DNA of 64,000 nucleotides from Basidiobolus meristosporus CBS 931.73 (taxonomy: Eukaryota > Fungi > Basidiobolomycota): the NCBI GenBank assembly GCA_002104905.1, contig MCFE01000175.1:62001-126000 (forward strand). Direction: 5' to 3'. Positions 12,015 to 26,000 of the stretch are shown here, piece by piece. The translations under genes were made by a program, and so were the position numbers. The notes below the pieces were generated by a model, which made no database searches, was not told the DNA's origin, and saw only the letters and a program-made list of their open reading frames with translations. Numbering within the stretch: the stretch's first letter is position 1; every line of letters begins with the position of its first letter.

Positions 12015-15000
12015 TTAGATCTCTTGCCTAATAATACCAAGAAAATCACTTCTGGATAATTCATAATATGGATTAAGGCTGAGCCTGGTTCCAATGGTCT
12101 TTGGAGTGAAAAAATCTCATTGTTTTACTTGGATTCCATCTTAGCCATTGGTCTTATTGAGATTAGGGCTTTATCATCATCCAATGTTGTTAACCATGAA
12201 AACCAGTAAATCTCATTCAACAACATATCTCTGCACTTAGCCAGCAACTTTGCTTAAGCAATGTGGCTTTATGTCTTAATCTCCATACTGTGGCCCTGAC
12301 ATATCTATTTGCACCATAGTCTCCAATTTTGGCTGATATTTTGGCAGTCTCCTAGCACAAACTGTACAACCAAGCTATATTAAGTACTCTGCACTTAGTC
12401 TATGCCTATGCCATGTCTCAAATGGAGTGGCACTACAAGGTATTGGGCTTTAACTCCTATTTGTGAGAACTATGGTTCATTAGCTCCATGCTTAATGCCA
12501 TGCTTCTTACACCAGTGTCTAAAGAGTTTGAAATAAATTTTCCAATGATTTTGGCTCATTTTTATGTGATCTTTTCACCAGTTTCTCTTGTGACCTTAGC
12601 TTTGAGCTCCCTGGTATTAGAAAGCGCTTCTTCCATTGTCTCCATGAAGAAGACATATATGTATATTTTATGATTTTCAGTAATTGTGGGTGAATACATC
12701 ATTGTGGTTGAAGGTAAATTTAGAATATTCCTGCAATTGTATCAGTGGATCATTTCAAATGTTTCCTAGTTGTGATGAGCCCTGGGCTCTTAAGTAGCTC
12801 TATGGCTTGTTTCCCAATTGTGTAGGCTTTGCAGCTCTGCTGAATAGCTGGGGGATCACTTTTATTCCAGAAATGAGCATGTTTCTACAATTTTGCTTGA
12901 TGATTTATAATTGCAGCATTTAAATCATCTGTGCTAAAGCCTTAGCTGTCTGTTAAATTGGCTACTTGGGTTGGACTTAAGATATGCCAAAATATACGTC
13001 AATCTGTAGAGATTTGTGGTAATGGAAAGTATTTCATTACTACAATATCTCAAAACCAATATTGCACTCATTTCTATATTTTGCTTTTTGCTTTCATAAC
13101 ACACAAGTGAAAGATCAAGAAGTTCCAACTTTGAAGGATAAATACTCCAGACCCTGACAAGCAATCCACCCAAGAATATTATGTAATACAGAACACACAG
13201 TAGCCAGCACATGATTCAAGTTACAGCTCATTTGAAGCGGTACTTAAGGAGTTATGACCAAAAAAGTCCAATTATTCTATATCCTAGGCCACTATTGCTA
13301 GGATTACTATGGTGACTTTGATTGCATTTAACTTTTGAACCAGCAAATCAAGTCACATGAAATCTTTTCAGATGCTGCACCTATGTCCAATCTGTGCCAC
13401 TGCAAAATTTTAGCTTTGTATAAAATGTATAGCTTGTGCAATTGCCCAAAAACCTTGATCCTTCAAAAGTTTAATATATATGACATCCCAAGCCAAAAAA
13501 TAAAAGAGAGCCTCTCTTTCCAGAATCTCCACACTACAATTACAAGTTTAAGGGTTATAAGACTTCCCCTGCATCACTTGCACTGTTGAGTATTCTGACT
13601 TGGATTGGTACTACATCATTAAAGAGACTGCAAAGCTCACAAGCATCAAATCTAAGTTCTACAAAAACTACCACTTTTCTGTTTGAAAAGTCCCCTGTAA
13701 GAAACCCCTTTGCTCTAAAGACACCCCTTTAGACACCTTGTTAGTCAAAGACCCCTTTAGAGACCACTACAAGAAGCCCCTTTACTCTAAAGACACCCCT
13801 TCAGACACCCCTTTAGGTCTAAAGACCCCTTTAGAGACCCCTACAACACACCCCTTTAGGTTAAAGGGGAGTTTAGAGTTTCCATATCAGGAAATAATTT
13901 CTCAGAAAGGAAAGTGACTTCCAAATAAGGAAAGGTTACTATAAAAGTAAATAAGCCCTTTAGTAAACATATGGTCAGAATACTGCTGTAGAAGTGAGAA
14001 ACACTGCCTATAGTATATTTTGAGCCTAAGATTGAGGATATTGGTGAAAGTTATATCTTCTATTGGTACATCAAACTCCCAATAAACTATTTCAGTATTA
14101 ACATACAGAAAGTTGTTGTATATTGTTGATTAGCCTTTACATTGTAGAACAAGCCCCAAACTAATCATAATACAACACAACAGATTCTGACTCAAAGTAA
14201 TACAGGAGCCATTTTGAACATGTATCCTATATGAAGTATTGTAAGACTAGTACAGAGTCCATAGGATGAGGTCTTGTTTACAGATAATAGGTTCTCAGAT
14301 ACTTTTGGAACATAAAGCACTTCTCTGATGTGAAGTGTGTCACTTTTCTAATCACTTTGAAGGTATTCTTGGAGAGTCCCTTGTCAATTACATCAAGTAT
14401 ACTAATGTTTTCCATTAAAACCTACATTTTTGGATTTTTGATATTAGGTGAAAAGTTGGCTTTGATGTGAAAAATTTTGCATCAATCCAAAGTTAATGTG
14501 CCACATCTGTAACCTGTGGTTAGTGGTCATTTTTACTGAATGTATCCAGTGCCTAACTTCAGCAGTTGTGGCACTTCTGTACTTATGCTCTCTCAACTGA
14601 TTATTACTCTCTTTGGGGCAAAGGTTCTTCTCTTTGTCAATAGTCACAAAAGAGGCAGCTATTGCATCTGAAGGGCCTGGAGTACCTTATTTCATACTTG
14701 TTATTGCTCATTGAAGCACTTTTTTGTTTCTTCTTTTGATGCATTAGTTTTTCAATTCTTCATCCAGGAACCCATACGCATAGTACAAGGTGAAATTGTT
14801 AGTTCTGGACTCCAGGGCTGATATAGGGCCTTAGACCTGACCTTCAGACTATTTAGAAGGGTAACTTTCATAAGATGACAAGTGACTGATATGCCCACTT
14901 AGCCCATCTCATCAACCAACAAAGTGTATCTAGATATTGAATATTTCTTCTCTTCTCTTGGTAGCATCTGTGTTGTGGCAAATTGCTGTGCAAGATACAA

Positions 15001-15230
15001 TTTTTAAGTAGCAGAACCAGAGTTGTTGTTGTCTTTGATGCCTCCCAGCCATTCTATGGCTTTTTGCTCTGGAGCAAGGAATTGGTAATATGTCTTTAAC
15101 ATCAAGGCAAATGCAGTTAAAGGCACTTCATCCTTTCATTTGGTAGTTTGATGCTTAGGTAAAAACTCTTGTAGTTGCATTAGTAGATACTCAATAGAGT
15201 GACAGCTTGGGGATCTTAGGATGGCCCAAC
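12015..15230 (-). mobile_element. Highly decayed Ty1/copia internal region, interrupted by solo LTR Y1
   Basis: 14780-14830 and 15095-15130 align to copia gag at ~61440-61490 and ~61755-61790; the rest is assigned by weak similarity. Confidence 0.55.
13015..14182 (+). mobile_element. Solo LTR family Y (1168 bp), 4-bp TSD GATT
   Basis: TGTGGTAATGG...ACAACACAACA termini; GATT at 13011-13014 and 14183-14186. Confidence 0.9.
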
Positions 15231-15249
15231 TTTGCTGCAGCTGAATGTT

Positions 15250-15800
15250 AACTAATACCTATCTTCTCTGTGGGAAGGTGATATTCTTAGTACTGGTGTT
15301 TGGATAATAATGATGTATATAAGTTATGGAGTAAATCACCTGAATCTCAAATGTTTGACAGCAATACCCTCTGTTGTGACCAGAAAAGCCAGCTCTCTTG
15401 CCAATGGCTGCAGCATCTCCAATGCAGATAATACTATGAGCTTTAAAATGCTGGCCATTCAGTAATATCCTGCTGCAAAGTATAGAAGATTTATCCAGCA
15501 ATGGATACAGGTAGGACAGTCATTTAGACCCATATACCAGTGGGATTACCATCAGATATGCTCTGATACTATATGGTAGGTGCAGATTCCTGCTGATATG
15601 AGTCAGTGGCCAGCAAGAGTTGCAGATATCACACTTCTTAATGAGCATCCTCCAAATGCCAAGGAAAGGTATGGTCATACATACCTTCAAAGTAGCCCTT
15701 GCTTCTTAGTTGTTTGAAATGTTTGCTGTCAAGTTTATCAAGAATGTTCATCCTTAATTAATACCAAGTGTGCTACTTGAAAGCTGCACTCTATTAGTTG
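15250..15800 (-). pseudogene. CACTA Tnp2 transposase fragment
   Basis: HSIICIGDAAAIGKRAGFSGHNRGYCC motif; aligns to the other Tnp2 copies. Confidence 0.78.
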
Positions 15801-15829
15801 CACTGTATGAGCTTTGATAGACAGGGTAC

Positions 15830-15970
15830 TATGAGTTATATAACATAGAACTGAAAGTAAGTGGTGAAGGTAGGGCTGTAAATTAGCCCTACAGTGAGCA
15901 AGACTAGTCCAGGATTACTAGGTAAATATTCAGCTGCTGATTGATACCAAATAGTCCATTATTTCAACAT
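15830..15970 (+). repeat. Fragment of the family Y 3' internal region
   Basis: Aligns to ~26580-26710 (CCTACAGTGA..AGACTAGTC..CAGCTGCTGA..GATACCAAATAGTCC). Confidence 0.7.
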
Positions 15971-15974
15971 GTCC

Positions 15975-17880
15975 ACTGAAGGTAATAATGCTGACCCCTC
16001 AGGCTCTTAGTCAAGTTGGCAATTGTGAATCTCTGCAGAGCTGCAAGCTGACCATAATGCTCAGACAGATGCAAATGTAACAATTGCAGTACCTTCATTG
16101 GAAGACTAGCAAGTGTCAAGCATAACATGCCACTGCTGTGGTGGTGCACAAGTCCAAAGGGCAAAGTATGGCCAACACTTCTCAAGTATGTATATATGTG
16201 GGGTGTTTGCTGGGTGCAATAACCTCTGGCAAAAGCTTGCTAGGAATACTGGGTCTTTTTTCTTATCTAATATAAAGGGGGAAAAAGCTTCAAGCTTGTC
16301 AAGGGAATAATATTGAGCTACCATCCCCAACTTAGTTGGTGTCTTAGCAAAAGTTTATAATGGCTTCACCGTCCTTTGAGATGACAATGTACTAAAGCTT
16401 CCAAAGTCAAAACAACTGTAAACTCCACCAACAGTGACTTGATAAGAATGCAGCTTTGACCAATAGTTACAAAGACTGAAAAGTATTTTTGCCTGTACAA
16501 GAACAAACTTGGGAAAACAATCAAATATAACAAAATATACCTACTCTGAGTATTCCTCACTAGTAGTGCCTCCAAGGTCAGTTGGCTGTCAACACGGTTT
16601 CCTGGGAGTATTGTCAGGCCTGAGTCAGAAAGTAGTGGTAATAGGTAGTGGTGATATCACTTATCAATAAGTTGGAATATTGAAAGAGGGATGATTTATA
16701 TTCAAGGGATAGCCTCCCTTATATACTTTTTTTTTGCTGCTCAAATTCTTGCTAGAAAATACTTTCTGGAAGTTTCTAGAAGGTAGTAGTCAGCCAATCA
16801 TGTTGTTGTGTACTAAAAATAGCTCAAATTCTTGGCAGATTGCACCATGAAACATAATAATACCTAGCCAATCAGATAGTGGTAATATGAGACCTCTGTG
16901 TCATATAGTTACCTCATGTGGTAGTAGGATAGGAGGGTTATGATACCAGGATGGTCACATGATATAGGCACTGTTGGGGGTACTGGCCTTATATGGTAAC
17001 TATCTTATCTTGGCATCTTGGCAAGGAATAGAATAGCTTGTGCAATGGGTTAATAGTGACAAATAGTTTGCCAGGTCATATAGTAATAATCACATACGCA
17101 GATAGAAAATATTGCAATTTGGGATGATATTAATATAGGGGGGTAATCCTTTTTAGGGAAGTGAACGTATGGGAATGAGCACCTCTGCCTGTGGGTGTCA
17201 CTGTGACCCCGCTAAACCACCCATATTAGCAGGCATGCTATCCACTTGTATTAAAGTATGAACAAGGAAATTAGGTGGAGTGGCTTCTAGGATAGATGCA
17301 ATGGCCTAGAAAAATCAGGGATCAGTCCAGTCACAGGATGAGCAGACAACACATGTAGAGCAATCATTATTGGAGGTAGCAAATGCAGTATCTAGAATGC
17401 AGGTAGACAACGCAGTATCTTTGCTGCAACATTGTAACTCAAGTAGCACAGTGTTACAGAAAACAGTTGAGCCATTTCCCAATGAAGCTACAGAGAAGCA
17501 CTGTACAGTCTTTGACGCACAACAACAGTGCCCAAAGATTAAGCTCACACAACAACCCATCACAGCATGGGAGAGAGAGAGCATAGTGCTCATGCCTAAG
17601 CCTAGAAATCAAAAGATGTTGAGATCCATGAAGCCATTGAGTGCAATGATGACCAGTGGGCTAATATTTGAGAAGGTATGAGAAGTAGAGCATGGAACTA
17701 CCTTAAGGCCAGCACACCATGGGACCATTAGGAGCTCTAAACCAAGCAACACATGCTTGACCTGTTCCATGTGAGCTATATTGAATTCAAGTGAGCAAAT
17801 GGAATTTGGGCCAGCATTGGTTCAGTATGAGAGTATCTCAGCAGTAGCAGAAACTATCAAATGCAGAAAAACAAGGGTAT
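15975..17880 (+). pseudogene. CACTA-like accessory gene fragment split by solo LTR A3
   Basis: The two flanks join into the EDQQV..PPPILASML motif seen intact at ~37355-37410 and ~50160-50225. Confidence 0.78.
16137..17216 (-). mobile_element. Solo LTR, family A subfamily (A3, 1080 bp), decayed TSD CTGC/CCAC (inferred CCGC)
   Basis: First ~600 bp align well to 1879-2475; termini TGTGGTGGTG...ACCCCGCTAAA; host continuity on both sides. Confidence 0.85.
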
Positions 17881-17989
17881 TTGTATGCATTTTACCAGAT
17901 TAATTGCTGAATAATCTTATCTGCTAATTTAGTATGTGGCTGATGACTCATTTGATTGTGTTATGATCTATTGCTTGAATTTTAAGGCA

Positions 17990-20900
17990 GTCTCACAGGC
18001 TATGTCCCACAATAGGGTATTGTCTTTCTTAGGTATATCAGCTTACATCAAGGTCATGAGTGTTGCAGGGGCATTGGTGAGGGCAAGACCCATGACCAAG
18101 TAATCATGGTGTTCCTATCTGGCCTTGAATGCTGTTTTAGGGATGTCTTCTGGTTCAACCTTTTTCTGGTTGTATCCTGACATGAGGTCAATCTTGCTGA
18201 AAATAGTGGCTCCATTGTGTTGTTACAATGCTCATCAACCCAAGGTATGGGGTACTTATTATTCATGGTAACAGAGCTAAGGGCTCTGTAGTCAAAGCAT
18301 CCTAAGTGTTCCATCCTTCTTTTTTACAAAAGTACTGGTGCTCCCCAAGGAGACTTGCTGGGTCTGATATATTCTTGCTCCAGTATCTAATCTATTTGCC
18401 TCTTCATCTCTTTTAACTCCAATAAACTCATTCTGTTCAATATCTTGCTCACTGGTGCGGTGTGGTGGTGTATAGGTCCAAGGGAGAGTTACGTCCAACA
18501 CTTCTCAAGTGTTTTGTGTGTGGGGTGTTCACTGGGTGCGATAACCTCTGGCAAAAGCTTGCTAGGAATACTTGGGTTCTGTCTCTAATCTAATGTGAAG
18601 GGGAATAAAGCCACAAGCTTGTCAAGGGAAAACTATTGAGCTACAATCCCCAACTTAGTTGGCGTCTTAACAAAAGTATGTGCTGGGTTCAGCGTCCTTT
18701 GAGATGACAATGTACTAAAGCTTCCAAAGTCAAAACAACTGTAAACTCCACCAGCAGGGACTTGATAAGAATGCAGCTGTGGTCAATAGTTACAAAGACA
18801 GAAAAGTATCTTTGCCTGTACAAGAACAAACTTGGGAGAGAATCAAATATAATAAAAGATACCTACTCTGAGTATTCCTCACAAGTAGTGCCTCCAAGGT
18901 CAGTTGGCTGTCAGCGCGGTTTCCTGAAAGTGTCCTGTGGTCTGGGGTTGGAAGTTCAGGTAGCAGCAGGTAGCAGTGATCACACTAATCAACAAGTCGG
19001 TATATTGATAAAAGGGATGATGATTTATTGTTGAGGGATAGCCTCCCTTATATACTTTTCTTACTGGCTAAGTGATTACTAATCATGGTGTTCCAGAAGG
19101 TTCCGGATATCAATAGAAATCTTAATGACATCAGAATGACCTAAGAATGTTCTAAGTAGGTGCCGGAAGGTTCTAAGAGGCACAGCACATCCAACCAATC
19201 AGGAATCAGTATTCTGAAACGTGTGTAACATGGGGATACCATATATGGTATGGAAATGGTAGGGATGGTGACACGGGTTGATCATGTGTCACAGGTACTG
19301 GCGCGGGTACTTGCCTAATATAGAAGCACTTGTAACTAGTAATCTTACAAAAAGTGAGGGGTAACTTATGCAATAAGGTAAGCAGGTGTGATAGTCAACC
19401 GGCTTATGGGATAGTACTGATTGGGTAAGACAAATGGGATAAAACTAAAATGAGTGTAGTAGGGATATAGGGAAGTAGAAAATAAGGGAATGAGCACATC
19501 TGTCAGTGGGTGTCACTGTCACCCCACTACAGCGGTATCTCCTATGTCAATGGCATGATCCATATCTCTGACTTGTGGTAACTGTAGACACATTTCAATA
19601 TTCCTTCAAAAGAGTCAGGGGCTTTTGGAGTACTGTAGTAGGTAAATCATCCTGTAATACTGTCATAAGGAATATCTGAGTACCATTTCTAAGCGCTCTA
19701 CAGAGCTGTGTCTTGCCAAATTCTCTTATTTAACACACACTAAATTGGCCAAGTTAATATCCAGTCTGGCAAGTACTATTTCATAAGACTGGTTGTTGTT
19801 TGGTTCTAGGTGGCATGGGTTCTCCAATTGATTGATAGATTACAACAAATAGCCATGTTTTCCCAAGTACAAGGTCAAGCTTGCAGCTCCCAGATAGTAG
19901 GCCTGTAGGTCCTCATCATAGTCATTGATCTTCAATTTTACTGGCTAAGAAATAAGGTTAGTTGTGTTAGAGTTCCCTTCAGCCATTGAGACTGAAGTTG
20001 ATTTGGTGGGCTCCAAGTTGATTCCAGCTCTCAAAGCAAATTGCCCTGCCATGTACTCATTGGATGCTCCGGAGTTAATCATAAATTTGACAGGTACTCC
20101 ATTGATTACCCCATTCCAGAATAGTAGCTTTCCTGAGCATGAGATCATATGCAATAAGTGATTTTCTGTCATATGGAGGGTAAGTTCTGAGTCTTCCTCA
20201 AGTTCATTCTCCATGTTACTATGCTCAAGGGCTTCAATGTCATTGAAGGTTTTTGTAGGCTGGTGTCCATTTCTTCTCTGAGGGCAGTCCTTTGCAATAT
20301 GTCCCTGCTGGTAGCAATTAGTGGAAAGTTGCTTCTTCTTACATTCTTCTGAGATGAAATTCTTCTGCATAGCATCTATTTCCATTGGCACTACTTCTGA
20401 TTGTCTTCTCTCACTGTGATAGATGCCTCTCCAACTAATCATTTTGAGTTTCCTAACTGTAAACATAGCTGAGCCATAGTCAATGGCTAAGCTGATGGCT
20501 TCTTTAGTAGTCTGAGGTCTCTGATAATTCACTTCATTACAAGTTCTTTCCTTCAACCCATCAATAAGGTAATCAGCTTGATCCATGGACTATTCTTTCA
20601 ATTTGTACAGGTAGACATCTACACTCACAGATATATTGTTCAACCATTTCTTTCTGACTGAGTGTCTTCAACTTCCTTCTTGGTAGTGTGTGCTCTTGAG
20701 GAAATTTAGAAGCATCCTGATTTTCAAATACAAACTCATCCCATGTAGTGATTAAAGAGCATCCCATCATAATAGCTGATCTGATCTTGTTGTTGGACCA
20801 CTGTAAAGCTGCATCTGCTCAGTAAGAAGCTGCATAATGCAACTTGCTTTCTGGAGCAATTCATTTAGCCTCACAAGCTACCTCAATCTAGAAGAGCCTA

Positions 20901-21512
20901 ACTCCCAGGTTTTTGTTGACTCTGCCATGACACTGGTCAACCTTCATACTGAAGTTACTCTTGACAGAGTTTTGCTGGCTCAGGGCCCTGGTGGTCAATT
21001 CTTGTTGCTACTGGCCAAGGATCAGGAGTTATTGTTGCTGTCAAGTAGGGATTTACTGCATAGCACTCTTCCATTCTTGATTTCTGACATCTAGAGAGAA
21101 GCTTCTTTGTCCATCAGCAGGGAGGCTTCTGATTGTGTGCTGCTACCAAAGTTACAAGCCTTGATCTAACTATTGTAGAGGGATGTAGCATTTAGCCAGT
21201 ATTGTTGTCACCAATACTTGAACAACTTTTATTGAGGTTCAAGCAGCTCCTTATATACATTTACCAGATCAATTGCTGACAAATCGTATTTCCTATTGTA
21301 TATTGTGGCTGATAATTCATCTGATGGCATCATCATACCCAATTAAATATTACTTCAATATTTGCTTCTGTCCAGTTAGGATCTGCTGATTCAACTGCTG
21401 ACTAATATCACAGATTTGATATACAACATAGATGTACTGATAGGTTGATCATAAAACCAACTGACTTGATTAAAACTAATCTAACTATATATTCAGGTGG
21501 TAGATCATAACA
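17990..21512 (-). mobile_element. pol: Ty3/gypsy family B, copy B2 (5' LTR 21174-21512, gag, protease, RT start), 3'-truncated
   Basis: gag as in B1, knuckle remnant NCYQQGHIAKDC, protease FMINSGASNEYM, RT PWGAPVLFVKKKDGTLRM; solo LTR A2 inserted in the RT N-terminus. Confidence 0.85.
18461..19531 (-). mobile_element. Solo LTR family A (A2, 1071 bp), 4-bp TSD GCGG
   Basis: GCGG at 18457-18460 and 19532-19535; removing it restores the RT frame HAIDIGDTAPVSK. Confidence 0.93.
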
Positions 21513-22050
21513 CTAGTAAGGGACAGGCAGGCAGAAACAGATGCATCAGTGCAGTACTTATCAAGGAAAAATAAAGTTCAGTAAAAGAAGCACTCAGTCT
21601 CAGTAGCAGTCAAGGAATTGACATTGATAGAACACCTGCAGATTTCTCAGGGGCCCACTACAAGCAGGGCTAGAAGCTATTAACAAGTGGCAAAGGAATA
21701 TCAGGTTGTTAGGAAAGTGCCAGCAAGGGACAAGCAGGCAAAAACAGATGCACTGGTATAGGTTTCATCAAGCAGAAAGCATAATTCAATACTAGAGGTA
21801 CTTGGTCATGGTGGCAGTGAAGGACTATATATTGACAGCAACAGCAGCTTTCTCAGGTGCACATCACAAGCAGGGCTGAGAATTCCAAATATGCAGTAAA
21901 TAAATGTTAGGTTACCAGAAGGGTTCTGGCAAGGGACAAGCGGGCAAAAATGGATGCACCAGTGTATCATTAACCAAGGAGAAAGCAGAGTACTATATAA
22001 GAGGCACCCAGCAAAAGTAGCAGTGAAATACTGAGGAACTTGTAAGCCTA
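21513..22050 (+). repeat. Tandem array of ~207-bp units (about 2.6 copies) from the CACTA-like accessory gene
   Basis: AAGGGACA(A/G)GC(A/G)GGCA anchors at 21518, 21725 and 21931; homologous to the RDQQANTDTPAQHLSRKK segment. Confidence 0.75.
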
Positions 22051-22065
22051 CCACCTTTCAGAGAT

Positions 22066-22629
22066 ATGTATCATGCCATTGACCCAGGAGATAGACCCCC
22101 AGTGAGTAAGACACCTAACAGAATGAGTCCATTGGAGTTGGATGAAATAAAAATACAAATACATCAGTTATCGGAGCAAGGATATATCAGATCCAGCAAG
22201 TCAGCTTGGAGAGCATTAGTACTTTTTGTGAGAAAGAAGGATGGAATACTTAGAATGTGCAATGACTATCAAGCCCTTAGCTCAGTCACCCTGAAGAGTA
22301 CATATCCTATGCACAGGAGTGATGAGCTTCTGAGCCAGCTCAAAGGAGCTACCATATTTAACAAGATTGACCTCTTGTCAGGATACAACCAAATTTGGGT
22401 GAAATACAAAGACACCCCTATGACAGCATTTTGGACCAGATATGGATATCACAAGTACTTAGTCATAAGCTTTGATCTTAACAATGCTCCTGCAACAAAC
22501 ATGGCCTTGATGAATACACTCTTCCAGGAATACTTAGACAAGTTTGCGGTAATCTACCTAAATGATATATTGCTAAACAGCAAGACAGAGCAGCAACACT
22601 TTGTCAACATTGAAATGTTGGAATATTGA
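22066..22629 (+). pseudogene. pol: Ty3/gypsy reverse transcriptase fragment (family B-like)
   Basis: LFVRKKDGILRMCNDY, KIDLLSGYNQI, FDLNNAPAT; catalytic YLDD reads YLND. Confidence 0.9.
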
Positions 22630-23087
22630 ACTATTTGGCATCATTCAGCAGCTGAAAATTTACTTAACAATTCTAAACTAGTCTTGGTTACTGTAGAACT
22701 AATTCACAACCCTTATTTTGCCAGTTTCTGTTAAAATAATTAGGAATCCACCTAATTGTTAATATGTTATGAACTAGCACTAAGTTAAGTGATGTATTTC
22801 AGATAATTAACTTAAAAATTTGTTTGTAAGATATTTGCTAATGATTAGGAATTAGTGAAGTACAGAATTTTGAGAAAATCAGAAACTGGTCCAAATAAGC
22901 TGAAACTTGGTACATGTACTCCTGAGATTCCCCTTATAATGACCAAATAGTTGTATGTATGTAGTTCTGCAATAAGTATAAATACTGTGTTGCAACTTAA
23001 AAAAATAACAAGTGAATATCATGTAAATCTTCTAATTCTCCAATTCACTTCCAGTATATCTCTCTAATATTTCAACAGTTTCTTCAG

Positions 23088-26000
23088 TAAAGTCCACTTG
23101 AGAGACCACTACCAGAAGCCCCTTTGCACTAAAGACACCCCTTTAGGTCTAAAGACCCCTCTAGAGACTTCTACACCAAACCACTTTAGGATAAAGGGGA
23201 GCTCAGAATTTCCATACTAAGAAATATTTTCTCAGAAAGGAAAGTGACTCCCAAATAGGGAATGCTACTGTAAAAAATAAATAAGCCCAATAGTCAACAG
23301 AAGGTCAGAACACTGCTGTAGAAGTGAGAATCACTTCCTATAGTGTATTTTGAGCCCAAGATTGAGGATATTAGTAAAAGTTATATCATAAATTGGTATA
23401 TTAAACACTCAATAAACTATTTCAGTATTGGCATACTGGAAGTTGTTGTATACTGTTGATTAGCTTCTACATTGTAGAACAAGCCCCCATACTGGCCATA
23501 ATACAACATAACAAGAATTTGGTGGAGGACCTGGTTAGTTTGAACCTTTCACTATACAAGCATCAGGAAATGTTACAAGAATGACCAATACACCACTCCC
23601 AGAGTTAATAGCCACTTTAAAGATGCTATTCCGGTAAGAATCTCAGGAGAGAATGTTACTCAGTTTCTGGAAGAGTCCAATGATATGGCTGCAGCATTTG
23701 AGCTATCACACAAGAACAAAATCCAGTTGTCTCCCTTTCTCTGTGCAGTTGAACTATCAAGATTCTTACAAAGTTTGGATCCATTTAAGATATCAGTTGG
23801 AGCTAACTATAACAGGGACACTGCTCAACAGGCTATTTTAGCTGAGTACCAAAAGGAAGCACAGTTTGTTGCACTAAATGAGCCAGAAATGCCTTACAAC
23901 AAGACCCAACCCTTGCAAAAGTACATTCAAGGTTTGAGTCAAAAGCAAGGCATGTTGAAGCAGCTATTGGAATTCCAAGATTTTATCAGAGAAACTATTT
24001 TCTGAAGAATATGCCTCCTGAGATAAATAATGCCATTAGCCACCAAGTTCAGGCTACAGGCTCCTATAACAATGTTAAACAAATGGTGCTAAATTATCAG
24101 TCAGGGAGACAGGTCATGGATTCCATTAAAAGCCAAATGAGGATTTCTACTGCAGTTAAATAAATTCTTCATTGCACAAATAACCCACAAAATGATCAGG
24201 TTAATGAATTAATTGATGCATTGGGAAAATTGACGCTCAAGTTGGACTCTCAAGGTGTACCATCATCAAGCATCAGCAAAGCAAGACCAGAAAATCCCAA
24301 AACAACTAGTAATTATCCACAGCAAACAAAATATTGAGTGTACTGTGAGTCTGCAGCACATAGCCATTATGGTTGTTAAATATTGAGTATTGATATTAAC
24401 TGTCATAAATTTATGATTGATTGCTATGGGAAGATCTGTGATACTACTGGAAACCCTTTACCTATCAACAGAGGTTATGGTGGAATGAAGTCCTATATAC
24501 TTGCTCAAGAAGTACCAAGTAAAAGCACCACAACATCAAATTTTATACAAATCCAACAGACTGCAAAAGTTCCAAGCAATGAACATTATATACTAGCAAT
24601 ATCAGGCCCATCAGGGCAGGTCCAAGAAAATCTAATGGAAAAAGAGGAAGTCAAAGAGTTTAATTGCCTTATTGATAACAGAAAATATGTCTCTACCAAG
24701 AACAATCCTAAAAAGGTCAACTACTACCAGATATTGTTGAGCCAATCAGCAGATCTATCCTTATGAATTATCAAGAACACTCTTCAACAATGTTATCATG
24801 TGAACAACTACAATTTGAAGTGGAAAAAGCCATTTACTCTATTACAACAGGAAGCTATGCTGATACAATCTACAATGTTGAGGTGGAATGTTTTTTTGAT
24901 TCTGGACCAGAAATCAATGCTATCACCCCTATGACTTCTAGAAAAATCAAATTGCCACTGACAGAAGTTGACTGGAGTATGAGAACTGCTATAGGTGCAA
25001 CAGAGAACATGCTTAGACCTTGTCACTCTGTACCAATTGAAGTAGGAGGAATAGGGGTTACTCCTCCCTTTTTCATTGTTGCCAATGGACCCACTTTTGA
25101 GGTATTATTGAGACAATCATATGAGAGAAAATCTCTTCTACCAGCTGATAACAAAGCCGACGGAAGTTTATGACTGACAATCACATCTGATGATCAAAAA
25201 AGAAGGGCAACCTTTTGTGCAGCAGAAGAGAATAATCCAAGAAATGCAGACTCAATTCCAGTACAAAATATTCAGGTTCATAATGATATATATAGCTTAT
25301 GATCAACATCTCATTCTGCTGACAATAAGTATGACAAATACCAAATATAAGCCAGTTGCATTGAAAGCAAAGCCAGTATCTACTGAAATCTCATCATCTG
25401 CCCACAACACTCCTCAAATGGAGCCTTTGCACAAATATGAGAGAATCAGACTCACAGAAGAGAAGTTCAAGGAGTTAGCTCTTGGGACTACTCTTACCAC
25501 TGAGGAGAAAAGTTTCTTTTTGACTATGCTACAACTCTACAACAATGTCTTTGCAGTTAATGATGCACAAAGAGGATGTTTATCCATAGAGCTATTTCCA
25601 CCAATCAAGATCCATACCATTGAACATACACCATGAGCACTGAGATCATATCCTATTCCCTCAAGATTACTGACCAAAGTAACTGAAATGTAACAACCAA
25701 GATTTTAAAGTGGAGTCATTGAATATAGCTATGGACCTTATTGTAATCCCTGGTTTACACCATTGAAGAAAAATGGTAGTCTATGGCTTTTGCCTGATTC
25801 TATTCTGGCGCAGTGGATATCATACATCCAGATCTTTGACTTTGTGCTACAACACATACTAGGAGCCAATCACAAAGGACCAGATGCCTTTTCCAGAAAG
25901 CAATCAAACTCACTGTACTTGACTGATGATGATGGAACAAGGCTTATACATACAACACCATATCACCCACAAGCATATTCACCAGTTAAATGTGGACATT

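Noticed and set aside
21150-21173. PBS or self-priming site for family B
   Set aside because: No TGG-starting tRNA complement follows either B LTR, and I found no convincing complementary segment within the LTR
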